Shown here: positions 1-9,070 of the stretch, piece after piece
How the letters are laid out: each line of letters begins with the position of its first letter
How positions within the stretch are numbered: position 1 is the first letter of the stretch
Source of the DNA: an uncultured Acetobacteraceae bacterium
GTDB taxonomy: Bacteria; Pseudomonadota; Alphaproteobacteria; Acetobacterales; Acetobacteraceae
NCBI GenBank assembly: GCA_964245495.1
Contig: CAXTNC010000006.1
Location: 1 to 36,559 of the forward strand
Length of the DNA: 36,559 nt
Direction of reading: 5' to 3'
Made by a program: the position numbers and the translations under genes
The notes under the pieces: generated by a model
The model's input: the letters and a program-made list of their open reading frames with translations, nothing else
What the model was told of the DNA's origin: nothing
Database searches by the model: none

Positions 1-631
1 GCCGCGCCTGCATCTCCACCGCCGTGTCGGGCTCGAGCGGCGGCGGCGCGCCGTAGAAGGCGGACAGGCGCTGCCCGTCCTTCACCCGCACGCCGTCCGC
101 CCCGGGCTTCCAGCCGGCCCCGTCCAGCAGGGCGGCGGCGGCCTTGGCGTCGGCGGACTGCGCCGGGTCGGCGGCGACGGCGGCGGGGGTGGTTCCGGTT
201 GTGCGCCCGGTTGCCTCGTCCAGCAGCAGCAGGGACACGGTGCAGGCCAGCGGCGGCGTGGCGGCCGACAGCTCGAACACCAGCTTGCGCGCCGGCGCCT
301 CGGATGCTTTTGAGCCTTGGGGCAAGTCCAGCGCCGGTTGCGCGCGGCGCAGGGCAGGGAACTTGTCCAGCGCCGCCAGTCCCGCGGCAGCCACGTGCGG
401 GCAGGCCGGCAACCGGCAGCTGCAGCGCGTGCCGAAGCTGACCCGGCGGCCGCGCGGCGCCGGGGTGATGGTCGCGGTGCGGCGCACCCCGCCATCCGCC
501 ACCGCCGCCGTGATGGTGTCGCCCGCCAGCGCCACCTCCACCGCGCCGATCAGCACCAGGCTGCGGCCGCGGGTGAGGGTGCGGGGATCGAACACGGCAC
601 GGAGGTCTTCGGCGGAGAACGGCGTCGGCAT
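1..631 (-). CDS. SWIM zinc-finger protein, 5' part (possibly a SWIM-SNF2 helicase); runs off the window edge
   Basis: Not in the ORF track because it has no stop in the window. Manual translation from ATG 631 gives MPTPFSAEDLRAVFDPRTLTRGRSL...RCSCRLPACPHVAAAGLAALD, a CxC-x4-CxH SWIM motif. The frame stays open to position 1. Confidence 0.65.
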   Translation of the reverse strand, partial: MPTPFSAEDLRAVFDPRTLTRGRSLVLIGAVEVALAGDTITAAVADGGVRRTATITPAPRGRRVSFGTRCSCRLPACPHVAAAGLAALDKFPALRRAQPALDLPQGSKASEAPARKLVFELSAATPPLACTVSLLLLDEATGRTTGTTPAAVAADPAQSADAKAAAALLDGAGWKPGADGVRVKDGQRLSAFYGAPPPLEPDTAVEMQAR

Positions 632-753
632 GCAGCACTACCTTGGGTGGGGTCGTGGATATGGCGGCCTGCCAGCATAGCGCATCAACGCCCGCCGCAT
701 CACCCCACCTGCGGCACGGTTCCCCGGGTGGCTTGGCGTGCTACATCAGGGCC

Positions 754-1242
754 ATGGAAGCCGCCCTGACTGACCAGTTGATCGACGCGGAAACGTTCCG
801 CGCCTGCATGCGCCGGGTGCCCGGCGCGGTGACGGTGGTCACCACGGCGCATGGCGGCCGGCGCAGCGGCCTGACCGCCACCGCCGTGTGTTCCGTCAGC
901 GCCGAGCCGCCGCAGCTGCTGGTGTGCGTCAACCGGGCCAGCAGCGCGCAGGCGGTGATCGCCGCCGCCGGCCGCTTTGGGGTGAGCTTCCTGGCGCACG
1001 ACCAGCAGGAGGTTGCGGACGCGTTCTCCTCCCCGGTGCAAGACCGGTTCGCCGCGGCGGAGTGGGTGGAGCTGGCGTCCGGCGTGCCGATCCTGAAGGA
1101 TGCGGCGGCTGCGTTCGACTGCGTGGTGGTGCAGATGGTGGAGGCGGGGACGCACACGATCTTCATCGGCGCCATCGTCGCGGCGGCGGCGCGGGACGTG
1201 CTGAGCCTGATGTACAAGTCCGGCGAGTACCTGATGTTTTAG
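754..1242 (+). CDS. Flavin reductase family protein (HpaC/RutF-like)
   Basis: FRACMRRVPGAVTVVTT, GLTATAVCSVSAEPPQLLVCVN and AGTHTIFIG motifs. Start placed at ATG 754. Confidence 0.9.
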   Translation: MEAALTDQLIDAETFRACMRRVPGAVTVVTTAHGGRRSGLTATAVCSVSAEPPQLLVCVNRASSAQAVIAAAGRFGVSFLAHDQQEVADAFSSPVQDRFAAAEWVELASGVPILKDAAAAFDCVVVQMVEAGTHTIFIGAIVAAAARDVLSLMYKSGEYLMF

Positions 1243-1253
1243 GGACGCTGCCC

Positions 1254-3248
1254 GTGACCAGCACCCTGCCGGAAGCCTTGGTCCGCATCCTGCAAAGGAC
1301 GGACTTCGCCGGCCTGGCAGCGGAAACGGCGATGGAGCTTCGCGACGATCTGGGAGCCGGCTTCCAGGTGGACCCTGGCGGGCTGGTCACGGTCGGCCCG
1401 GATTGCGCGCTCGATGCCGTGCAGGGGCCGGTCACGCTCCGCCACGCGCTTGAGCTGTCGCTGCTGCTGCGGCTGTGGCCGGACCAGCCGGCGCTCGCCG
1501 GGCTAGCCGCAGCGCGCACCGCCGCGCTGTTCGCGGCGCTGGGGCCAGTCATGCCGGCGCCCTCGGCCCTGGCCGCCAAGGTCCCGGCGGACGCCGAATT
1601 GGCCGCTCTTTGGCCGGCGCTGTCCCACCATCAACGCAAGCCGCCGACGGCGATCCCTCCCGGCGCGCTGGCGGCGCTGCGCCGGGTCTGGCCGTTGCTC
1701 GGCCCCGCCGAGTGGCTGATGCAGACGGGCGGCGACGCCCGCCTGTCCGTCGATCCCGCGACGGGTCTGAACGGCTACGGCTGCAGCCATCGCCCGCGGC
1801 CCTGGGCGGTCACCTTCGCGTCCTCGACGGCCTCCTCCAGCTCGGAGCGCGGCTATGGCGGCGCCGAGGCCATGCGGCAGCGCATCCTGCACGGCGCCCG
1901 CGCTGGCGACGCCGTGGCCGATGCGCTCCGCCGCGTTCGGGCGGACATCGCCGCATCATACGGGCTGCCGGCGGACAGCCTGGTGGCGCTGGCGCCATCC
2001 GGCACCGATTGCGAGCTGTTCGCCACGGCCATGGCGCAGCTGCATCCTGACGCCCGGCCCCTCACCGTCGTGCTGGTGGCGCCGGAGGAGACCGGCCGCG
2101 GCGTTCCCTTGGCGGCGGCCGGGAGGCATTTCGCCGACGGCACGGCCCGCGGCATCGCGGTGGACTGCGGCGCGGTGATCGAGGGCTTCCGCCGCGACAC
2201 GCTGGTCGAGACCGTGCCGCTGCGCGACCCGGCGGGCCGCGTCCGTCCGTCCGCCGAGGTGTCGGCGGAGTGCGGGCGCATCGCCGCCGCGGCCGTTTCA
2301 GCGGGGCGGCGGGCGCTGCTGCACCGGGTCGATGTGTCCAAGACCGGGCTGCTGGCGCCGGAGTGGGACGCTTTGCGGGCCATTCAGCGGCGCTGCCCCG
2401 CGCGCGTCGATGTCGTGGTGGATGCATGCCAGGCGCGGCTGTCCGCCGGGCGCGTGCAGGCCTACCTGGCGCAGGGCTGGGCAGTGCTGCTCACCGGGTC
2501 GAAGTTCCTGACCGGGCCGCCTTTCGCCGGGGCGGCGGTGTTCCCGGCCGCGATGGCGGAGCGGCTGTCCGCGCGCAGCTTGCCGGCCGGGCTGCGGGAC
2601 TATTCCGGCCGTGCCGAGTGGCCCGCCGTGCCTGCCGCCGCCGTGCTGCACCCCGGCGGCAATGCCGGGCTGGCGCTGCGCTGGGCGGCGGCGCTGGCCG
2701 AGCTGCAGGCGTTCGATGCCGTGGAGGACGACGCCAAGCACCATGCCATCGCGCTCTTCTCGGCGGGGATTTGTCACGCCCTCGGCGCCAGCGACGACTT
2801 CCACCTCCTTGAGGTGCCGCCGCTGCGGCGCGGCGGCGCGGCCTGCTGGGACGAGCTGCGCACCATCCACAGCTTCGCCATCCGTCATCCGGAGATGGAT
2901 GGATGGATGGACTGCGACACGGCCCGGCAGGTTTATGCCTGGCTGAACGCGGACCTCGGCCCGCTGCTGCCGGACGCCATCGGGGCAGACGCCAAACGGC
3001 TGGCCCGGCGCCGCTTCCACGCCGGCCAGCCGGCGAAGCTTGTTCTGGCGGGGCAGGAGGCTGGTGTGCTGCGCGTGTCGGCCGGTGCGCGGCTGGTCTC
3101 GGGCGAGCCGTCGCACGCCTGCCTGCCGCCGCAGGAGCGGCTGGACCGCGAGGTCGGGGACGCGACCGCGCTGCTGGGCAAGGTTTCGTTGATCCTCCGG
3201 CATTGGACGGTGTTGAGAAATGCTGGGCCGGTGGCGACCTACGACTGA
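1254..3248 (+). CDS. Uncharacterised protein with a PLP-dependent transferase (fold type I, class V-like) core
   Basis: GTG start 11 nt after the flavin reductase stop. Motifs PSGTD, VVVDACQ (Asp contacting the PLP ring N) and LTGSKFLTGPPFAG (candidate Schiff-base Lys). Confidence 0.7.
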   Translation: MTSTLPEALVRILQRTDFAGLAAETAMELRDDLGAGFQVDPGGLVTVGPDCALDAVQGPVTLRHALELSLLLRLWPDQPALAGLAAARTAALFAALGPVMPAPSALAAKVPADAELAALWPALSHHQRKPPTAIPPGALAALRRVWPLLGPAEWLMQTGGDARLSVDPATGLNGYGCSHRPRPWAVTFASSTASSSSERGYGGAEAMRQRILHGARAGDAVADALRRVRADIAASYGLPADSLVALAPSGTDCELFATAMAQLHPDARPLTVVLVAPEETGRGVPLAAAGRHFADGTARGIAVDCGAVIEGFRRDTLVETVPLRDPAGRVRPSAEVSAECGRIAAAAVSAGRRALLHRVDVSKTGLLAPEWDALRAIQRRCPARVDVVVDACQARLSAGRVQAYLAQGWAVLLTGSKFLTGPPFAGAAVFPAAMAERLSARSLPAGLRDYSGRAEWPAVPAAAVLHPGGNAGLALRWAAALAELQAFDAVEDDAKHHAIALFSAGICHALGASDDFHLLEVPPLRRGGAACWDELRTIHSFAIRHPEMDGWMDCDTARQVYAWLNADLGPLLPDAIGADAKRLARRRFHAGQPAKLVLAGQEAGVLRVSAGARLVSGEPSHACLPPQERLDREVGDATALLGKVSLILRHWTVLRNAGPVATYD

Positions 3249-3390
3249 GCGAGGGGCCGGGCCTGGGTTTGAGCTTCCGCGTCTGGGGTTCACGCAGCGG
3301 CAGCGCGCTCGATCTCGGGTCCGACGCTGGCGATGCGGCCACCCATCGTCTGTTCGCCCATGCCGCCTCCAGGCCCCTTGCAGCGGCACA

Positions 3391-3435
3391 GCACCAGTCA
3401 AGTGAAGCTCCCGGGACGCAGCAGGCCGTGGGTGC
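3391..3435. promoter_or_regulatory. Putative tandem NtrC-type enhancer sites
   Basis: GCAC-N7-GTGA (3391-3405) and GCAG-N7-GTGC (3421-3435) each differ by one base from the GCAC-N7-GTGC core. They are 30 bp apart and about 200 bp upstream of a sigma54 promoter. Confidence 0.45.
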
Positions 3436-3619
3436 TGCAGCTTGCATGATGGCGCGAATTGGCTGGGACGTGCAGAAGGCGATCCGCCGGCGCCGGGATG
3501 ACGGAAACTCAAACCAAGCCCTGTCCCAGTTCCACCGTCACGCTCGCGTTCTGCCGCATGCCGCCGGATGCGGCAGTGCGGGTCTTCTGACACCGAGCGG
3601 ACGCCGGCGTGCGGGGCAA

Positions 3620-3635
3620 TGGCACAATGCTTGCT
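3620..3635 (+). promoter_or_regulatory. Sigma54 (RpoN) -24/-12 promoter of the urt-amidase operon
   Basis: TGGCAC-AATGC-TTGCT matches the TGGCAC-N5-TTGCW consensus. It lies about 40 nt upstream of the urtA ATG, which has a GGGAGG RBS. Confidence 0.85.
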
Positions 3636-3674
3636 TGCCTTGCCCTGCTTTCGGCTGGCCTGGGAGGGTTTGAG

Positions 3675-4901
3675 ATGAGCGCCGTCACCCGTCGTTCCTT
3701 GCTTGCCGGCACTGGCGCAGCCTTGGCGGCGCCGGCCCTCATCCGGCCCGGCTGGGCCGCCGACACCGTGAAGCTGGGCTGCCTGTTCTCCTCCTCCGGC
3801 ACGATGGCCAACCTGGAGGGGCGCATGAACTACGTCGCCCGGATGGCGGCGGACGAGTTGAACGCCGCGGGCGGCGTGCTCGGGCGTCAAGTCGAAGTCG
3901 TGGTGACCAACCCGGCCTCCGACTGGCCGACCTACGCGCAGATGGGCCGCCAACTGCTGCAGGAGCAAAAGGTCGCGGCCTTGCTGGGCTGCTGGACCTC
4001 GGTGTCGCGCAAGTCGGTGCTGCCGGTCGTGGAGCAGAACGACGGGCTGCTGTTCTACCCGCTGCATTTCGAAGGCGAGGAAAACTCGAAGAACGTCGTC
4101 TACATGAACTCGCCGCCGTCCAGCTCGGTGCTGCCCGCGGTGGACTACCTGATGGGTTCGGAGGGCGGCAATGCGAAGCGCTTCTTCATGCTGGGCAGCG
4201 ACTACGTGTGGCCGCGCACCGTCAACAAGATCCTGAAGGCCTGCTGGACCAGCAAGGGCATCCCGGACTCCGCCTGGAGGGAGCAGTACGTCCCATTCGG
4301 GTTCAGCAATTTCCAGAACCTGGTCAACCAGATCCGCAGCTTCGCCAGCGCCGGGGGCGAGCAGCCGATCGTCGTGCTGACGGTGGTGGGCAGCTCGATC
4401 CCGGACTTCCTGCGCGAGTACGTGAACCAGGGCTTGAAGCCTACGGACATCCCCGTCCTGGGACTGGACATGGTGGAAGCCGACCTTGAGGGGCTGAACA
4501 CCGCAGGGCTGGTCGGCAGCCTGAACTGCTGGGCCTACCTGCAGAACGCGCCGGGGCCGCGCAACCGGAAGTGGCTGGCGGACTGGGCGGCGTACGTGAG
4601 GAAGTCCGGCGCGCCGTACCGGCCGGACGTCGCGATCGACCCGATGGTGTCCACTTATGACAGCGTGCACATGTGGGGGATGGCGGCTAAGAAGGCCGGC
4701 ACGTTCGATGCGCCGGCTGTGCGGGCGGCGTTCGGCGGGCTGTCGTTCGATGATCCCTCCGGCTACACGCTGACGATGACGGGCGAGAACAACTACGTCT
4801 CGCGCGGCGTGTTCATCGGGTCGGTCAACGAGAGGCAGGGCTTCGACGTGCTGTGGCAGTCGAAGGACACGCCGAAGCCGATCCCGTTCAGCCCCGCCTG
4901 A
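3675..4901 (+). CDS. urtA: Urea/short-chain amide ABC transporter substrate-binding protein (Tat signal)
   Basis: Twin-arginine signal TRRSLL. Motifs SSSGTMA, GCWTSVSRKSVLPVVE, LLFYP and GSDYVWPRT are typical of UrtA/FmdD. Confidence 0.85.
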   Translation: MSAVTRRSLLAGTGAALAAPALIRPGWAADTVKLGCLFSSSGTMANLEGRMNYVARMAADELNAAGGVLGRQVEVVVTNPASDWPTYAQMGRQLLQEQKVAALLGCWTSVSRKSVLPVVEQNDGLLFYPLHFEGEENSKNVVYMNSPPSSSVLPAVDYLMGSEGGNAKRFFMLGSDYVWPRTVNKILKACWTSKGIPDSAWREQYVPFGFSNFQNLVNQIRSFASAGGEQPIVVLTVVGSSIPDFLREYVNQGLKPTDIPVLGLDMVEADLEGLNTAGLVGSLNCWAYLQNAPGPRNRKWLADWAAYVRKSGAPYRPDVAIDPMVSTYDSVHMWGMAAKKAGTFDAPAVRAAFGGLSFDDPSGYTLTMTGENNYVSRGVFIGSVNERQGFDVLWQSKDTPKPIPFSPA

Positions 4902-4906
4902 CACGG

Positions 4907-6517
4907 ATGCATCCTCCGCTGCGGCCCGGCTTGGCGGTGCTGCTGTGCCTAGCCGGCGGCGCCGCGCAGGGACAGCCAGCGCCGCTGGACCGTGCCGCGA
5001 TCCTGGCCATGATGTGCAGCGAAGGCGGGCAGGACGTGGCGCGCGCCGTGGCCACGCTGCTGTCAGCCGCTGCGGCCGCGTCTCCGGCGGAGCGGGACTG
5101 GGGCCTGCAGGTCGTGCAGGCGTTCTCCGCGAAACGCTTGCAGTGCGCGGCAGACGGCCAGGCGTTCCTGGCCGACGGCACGGACGCCCTGACCCTCAAC
5201 CCGGCGACCTTGCCGACCGGGCTTCGCTCGCCGCTGCCGAGCCTGCGAAGCCGCGGGTTGCTGGAGCAGGCCAGCGCCGCGTTGACGTTGTTCGGGGCTG
5301 GGCCGGCTGCCCGGCTGACCGCGGTCCGCACCTTGGAACGCCGCAGCGACGGCTTGCCGCCTGATCTGCTGCCGGCTGCCCTGGCGCGGGAGAAAGACGC
5401 CGGCGTGCGCGGCGCGTTGCAGGCGCTGGTGGTTGGAGCCGGCTTGCGCTCGCCGGATTTGGGCCGGCGCATCGCCGCCATCGAGGGCTTGGGCGCCGAT
5501 CCCAGCTCCCGCGCCGGGGCGCAACTGGCGGCGCTGCGCGCGGACCCCGCCTATGCCGCCGATCCCCAGGTCCGCGCCGCGCTCGACTGGCAGATCACCC
5601 GGGTCGGCCGTTGGGTAAGGGCGGGCGACGCGCTGGCGCTGCTTTACAACGGGGTCAGCGTCGGCAGCGTGCTTTTCCTGGCGTCAGCCGGGTTGGCGAT
5701 CATCTTCGGGCTGATGGGCGTCATCAACCTCGCCCAGGGCGAGTTCATCATGATCGGCGCCTACGCCACCTTCTGCACGCAGGAAGCGCTGCGGGCCTGG
5801 GCGCCAGGCCTGGTGAACTGGTATCCCGTCCTGGCGGTCCCCGTGGTGTTCGCCGTTGCCGCCCTGGCCGGCATCGCCATCGAGGCCGCGGTGATCCGCC
5901 ACCTGTACAAGCGCCCCCTGATGACGCTGCTGGCGACGTGGGCGATCAGCCTGCTGCTGGTCAACCTGGTCCGGGTCGGGTTCGGCACGCAAAGCCTGCA
6001 GTTCCAAACGCCGCCCTACCTCGCGGGCGGCCAGCGGGTCGTGGGCGATTTCCTCGTCACCTGGAATCACCTGGGCGCCATCGGCTTCGCAGCGGCGGCG
6101 TTCCTGGCAACCTGGGCGCTGCTGCGCTTCACCGACCTGGGGCTGTTCATCCGCGCCGTCACGCAGAACCGCGGCATGGCGGGCTGCGTCGGCGTTTCCA
6201 CCCGCCGGACCGACATGCTGGCCTTCGGCTTCGGCGCCGGGCTGGCGGGGTTGGGCGGGCTGGCGTTGTCGCCGATCTACAACGTGAATCCCACCATGGG
6301 CAGCGGGTTCATCATCGACAGCTTCATGGTCGTGGTGCTGGGCGGCGTCGGCAGCCTGCGGGGCACTGCGCTGGCCGCCCTGGGAATCGGCCTCGTGAAC
6401 GCGGGAATCGAGCCGTTCTATGGCGCCGTCGCTGCCAAGGTGATGGCGCTGCTGCTGGTGGTCCTGCTGATCCAGTGGCGTCCGGAGGGGTTGATCGCTG
6501 CCCGGGACCGCCGGTGA
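4907..6517 (+). CDS. urtB: Urea/amide ABC transporter permease with N-terminal periplasmic domain
   Basis: GLAIIFGLMGVINLAQGEFIMIGAY, TLLATWAISL and IIDSFMVVVLGGVGSL motifs; operon position. Confidence 0.9.
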   Translation: MHPPLRPGLAVLLCLAGGAAQGQPAPLDRAAILAMMCSEGGQDVARAVATLLSAAAAASPAERDWGLQVVQAFSAKRLQCAADGQAFLADGTDALTLNPATLPTGLRSPLPSLRSRGLLEQASAALTLFGAGPAARLTAVRTLERRSDGLPPDLLPAALAREKDAGVRGALQALVVGAGLRSPDLGRRIAAIEGLGADPSSRAGAQLAALRADPAYAADPQVRAALDWQITRVGRWVRAGDALALLYNGVSVGSVLFLASAGLAIIFGLMGVINLAQGEFIMIGAYATFCTQEALRAWAPGLVNWYPVLAVPVVFAVAALAGIAIEAAVIRHLYKRPLMTLLATWAISLLLVNLVRVGFGTQSLQFQTPPYLAGGQRVVGDFLVTWNHLGAIGFAAAAFLATWALLRFTDLGLFIRAVTQNRGMAGCVGVSTRRTDMLAFGFGAGLAGLGGLALSPIYNVNPTMGSGFIIDSFMVVVLGGVGSLRGTALAALGIGLVNAGIEPFYGAVAAKVMALLLVVLLIQWRPEGLIAARDRR

Positions 6518-6527
6518 GAGGCCGCGG

Positions 6528-7613
6528 GTGACCCGCGGCGCCGGGCTGTGCGCCGGGCTGCTCGGCTTGCTGCTGGTGGCGTTGCCGGTGCTGGGACTTG
6601 GCTTGGTGCCCGGTGCGGCGCTGCCGCCCTATGCCGTGAACGCCGCTGGGCAGGTGATGTGCTTCGCGCTGCTGGCGATGTCGGTGGACCTGATGTGGGG
6701 CAGCGCCGGGGTGCTCAGCCTGGGGCATGGGCTGTTTTTCGCGCTGGGGGGCTACATCGCCGCGATGCACCTGCTGCGGACCGCCTTCGCCGCGACGCAT
6801 GTGCTGCCGGACTTCCTGCTGTTCATGGGGCAGGCCGGCTTCCCGGGCTGGTGGGCGTTCGCGGACTCTGCCTGGCTGTCCGTGGCCGCGCTGCTGGCCG
6901 TGCCCGCGTTGGTGGCGTTCGGCTTCGGCTACGTGTCGTTCCGCTCACGGGTGAACGGCGTTTATTTCTCCATCATCACCCAGGCGCTGACCTACACGGC
7001 GATGCTGCTGATGTTCCGCAACGACACCGGATTTGGCGGCAACAACGGCATGACGGGGTTCCACGGCATCGCCGGGCTGGCGGCGGGCAGCACGGACTGC
7101 GCGGTGCTGCTGGCGGCGTTGGCGACGATGGCGGTGCTGCTGGCCTTGCTGGGGGGGCGGGCGCTGCTGGCCACGCGGTTCGGCCGCCTGCTGACAGCCA
7201 TCCGCGACGACGAGCCGCGGCTGCGCTTCCTGGGCTACGAGACCCTGTGGCTCAAGCTGGCGGCATGGTGCTTGTCGGCGTCGGTGGCTGCCGTGGCAGG
7301 GGCGCTGTACGTGCCGCAGGTCGGCATCATCAACCCGGGCCTGCTGGACCCGGCGTTGTCGCTGGAGGTCGCGGTCTGGGTCGCGGTCGGCGGGCGAGGC
7401 GGCCTGGTGGGCGCGATCCTGGGGGCGGCGCTGATCAACCTGCTGAAGTTCTGGCTGGCCGGCGCCGCGCCGGAGCTGTGGCCGTTCGTGCTCAGCCTGC
7501 TGGTGCTGGTGGTCGTGCTGGCCCTGCCGAACGGGCTGCTGGACGCCCGCAACCGGTCGCGGTCCTGGATGACCGGCATGGCGGCGCGCCTGCCGGGCCA
7601 GGTGCGTCCGTGA
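6528..7613 (+). CDS. urtC: Urea/amide ABC transporter permease
   Basis: DLMWGSAGVLSLGHGLFFALGGY, GVYFSIITQALT, FRNDTGFGGNNG and YVPQVGIINP motifs. Confidence 0.9.
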   Translation: MTRGAGLCAGLLGLLLVALPVLGLGLVPGAALPPYAVNAAGQVMCFALLAMSVDLMWGSAGVLSLGHGLFFALGGYIAAMHLLRTAFAATHVLPDFLLFMGQAGFPGWWAFADSAWLSVAALLAVPALVAFGFGYVSFRSRVNGVYFSIITQALTYTAMLLMFRNDTGFGGNNGMTGFHGIAGLAAGSTDCAVLLAALATMAVLLALLGGRALLATRFGRLLTAIRDDEPRLRFLGYETLWLKLAAWCLSASVAAVAGALYVPQVGIINPGLLDPALSLEVAVWVAVGGRGGLVGAILGAALINLLKFWLAGAAPELWPFVLSLLVLVVVLALPNGLLDARNRSRSWMTGMAARLPGQVRP

Positions 7614-8353
7614 GCCGCAACGCGATCGAGGTTGCCGGCCTGACAGTCGCGTTCGGCGCGTTCGTCGCCATCGACGACCTGACGTTCGCGGCCGAGTACG
7701 GCCAGGTGCGCGGCGTGATCGGCCCGAACGGCGCAGGGAAGACCACCCTGCTGGACGTGCTGACCGGCAAGTCCCGCCCCCGCTGCGGCCGGGTGCTGCT
7801 GGATGGCGCGACCGACCTGGCGGGCATGAGCGAGGTCGCCCGCGCCCTGGCCGGCATCGGGCGCAAGTTCCAGAAGCCCAGCGTGTTCGAGGCTTTGACG
7901 GTGCGTGAGAACCTGGATCTCGCGCTGCGCCTGCACCGCCGCTCGCTGCTGCGGGAGCTGGCGGCCCGGCAGGAGCGGAAGGCGGCCGCGATCAACACGC
8001 TGCTGGAGATGGTCGGCCTGACCGCCCGGCGCGACGCGACGGCCGGCGTGTTGTCGCACGGGGAGAAGCAGCGGCTGGAAATCGGCATGGTGCTGGTGCA
8101 GGACCCCAAGGTGCTGCTGCTCGACGAGCCGGTGGCCGGCCTCAGCGGGCAGGAAACGAAGCGCACGGCCGAGCTGGTGCTGTCCTTGCGCACGCCGGGG
8201 CGCAGCATCGTGGTCGTGGAGCATGACATGGATTTCGTCGAGCAGGTGGCCGACCGGGTGACGGTGCTGCACGAGGGCCGCACCTTGTTCGACGGCAGCA
8301 TGGCCGATGCGCGCGCCGATGCCCGGGTGATCGAGGCGTACATCGGGCGATGA
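7610..8353 (+). CDS. urtD: Urea/amide ABC transporter ATP-binding protein
   Basis: GTGA overlap with urtC. Walker A GPNGAGKT, GIGRKFQKP, LSHGEKQRLEIGM and LLLDEP. Confidence 0.9.
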   Translation: MSRNAIEVAGLTVAFGAFVAIDDLTFAAEYGQVRGVIGPNGAGKTTLLDVLTGKSRPRCGRVLLDGATDLAGMSEVARALAGIGRKFQKPSVFEALTVRENLDLALRLHRRSLLRELAARQERKAAAINTLLEMVGLTARRDATAGVLSHGEKQRLEIGMVLVQDPKVLLLDEPVAGLSGQETKRTAELVLSLRTPGRSIVVVEHDMDFVEQVADRVTVLHEGRTLFDGSMADARADARVIEAYIGR

Positions 8354-9048
8354 CGGCCTGTCTGGACATCGTCGGGCTGCATCACCATTACGGCAGCGCC
8401 CAAAGCTTGCGCGGCGTGTCGTTGCAGGTCGGGCGCGGCGAGTGCGTGGCGCTGCTGGGGCGCAACGGCGCGGGCAAAACAACGCTGCTGCGCTGCCTGG
8501 TCGGGCTGCTGCCGCCCAGCGGGGGACGGATGCTGCTGGATGGGCAGGATGTCGCGGGTTGGCCGCCGTTCCGCCGGGCGCGCGGCGGCATCGGCTACGT
8601 CCCGCAAGGGCGCGACATCTTCACGAACCTGACGGTGGGGGAGAACCTGCTGATTTCCGCGAAGTCGCAAGGCGTGCGCGACGGCGCGGTTCTGGACGAG
8701 GTGCGCGCGCTGTTCCCGGTGCTGGGCGCGACGTGGCGGCGGCGGGGCGGCGACCTGTCCGGCGGGCAGCAGCAGCAGCTTGCCATCGGCCGCGCCTTGG
8801 CGGGCCGTCCCCGCCTGCTGGTGCTGGACGAGCCGACCGAGGGGGTCCAGCCCAGCATCGTGAAGTCCATCGAGGCGGCGATCGCTTCGTTGAAGGGCCG
8901 CATCGCGGTCCTGCTGGTCGAGCAGTGCTATCACTTCGCCCGCAGCCTGGCCGACCGTTACGTGGTGCTGGAGCGCGGCGCGGTTGCCGCCGAGGGTGCC
9001 GGGGCGGACATGGATCAGGACAACGTCAGCCGCTACCTTTCGATCTGA
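8350..9048 (+). CDS. urtE: Urea/amide ABC transporter ATP-binding protein
   Basis: ATGA overlap with urtD. GRNGAGKT, YVPQGRDIF, LSGGQQQQLAI and LDEPTEGVQPSIV. Confidence 0.9.
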   Translation: MTACLDIVGLHHHYGSAQSLRGVSLQVGRGECVALLGRNGAGKTTLLRCLVGLLPPSGGRMLLDGQDVAGWPPFRRARGGIGYVPQGRDIFTNLTVGENLLISAKSQGVRDGAVLDEVRALFPVLGATWRRRGGDLSGGQQQQLAIGRALAGRPRLLVLDEPTEGVQPSIVKSIEAAIASLKGRIAVLLVEQCYHFARSLADRYVVLERGAVAAEGAGADMDQDNVSRYLSI

Positions 9049-9070
9049 CAGGCAACAAGGGACGCACTCC

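Noticed and set aside
888-1253. N-terminal extensions in the ORF track (e.g. starts at 888, 3609, 6548, 16750, 23547, 24338, 31101)
   Set aside because: They overlap upstream genes in another frame or lack an RBS. Starts were reassigned to where family similarity begins.
3249-3674. Guanidine (ykkC-type) riboswitch before the ABC operon
   Set aside because: No twin ACGR hairpins or ykkC 3' motif. The leader after the sigma54 promoter is too short, and sigma54/NtrC explains the region.
4907-5620. Novel domain fused to the permease
   Set aside because: A large N-terminal periplasmic helical domain is a normal feature of proteobacterial UrtB.
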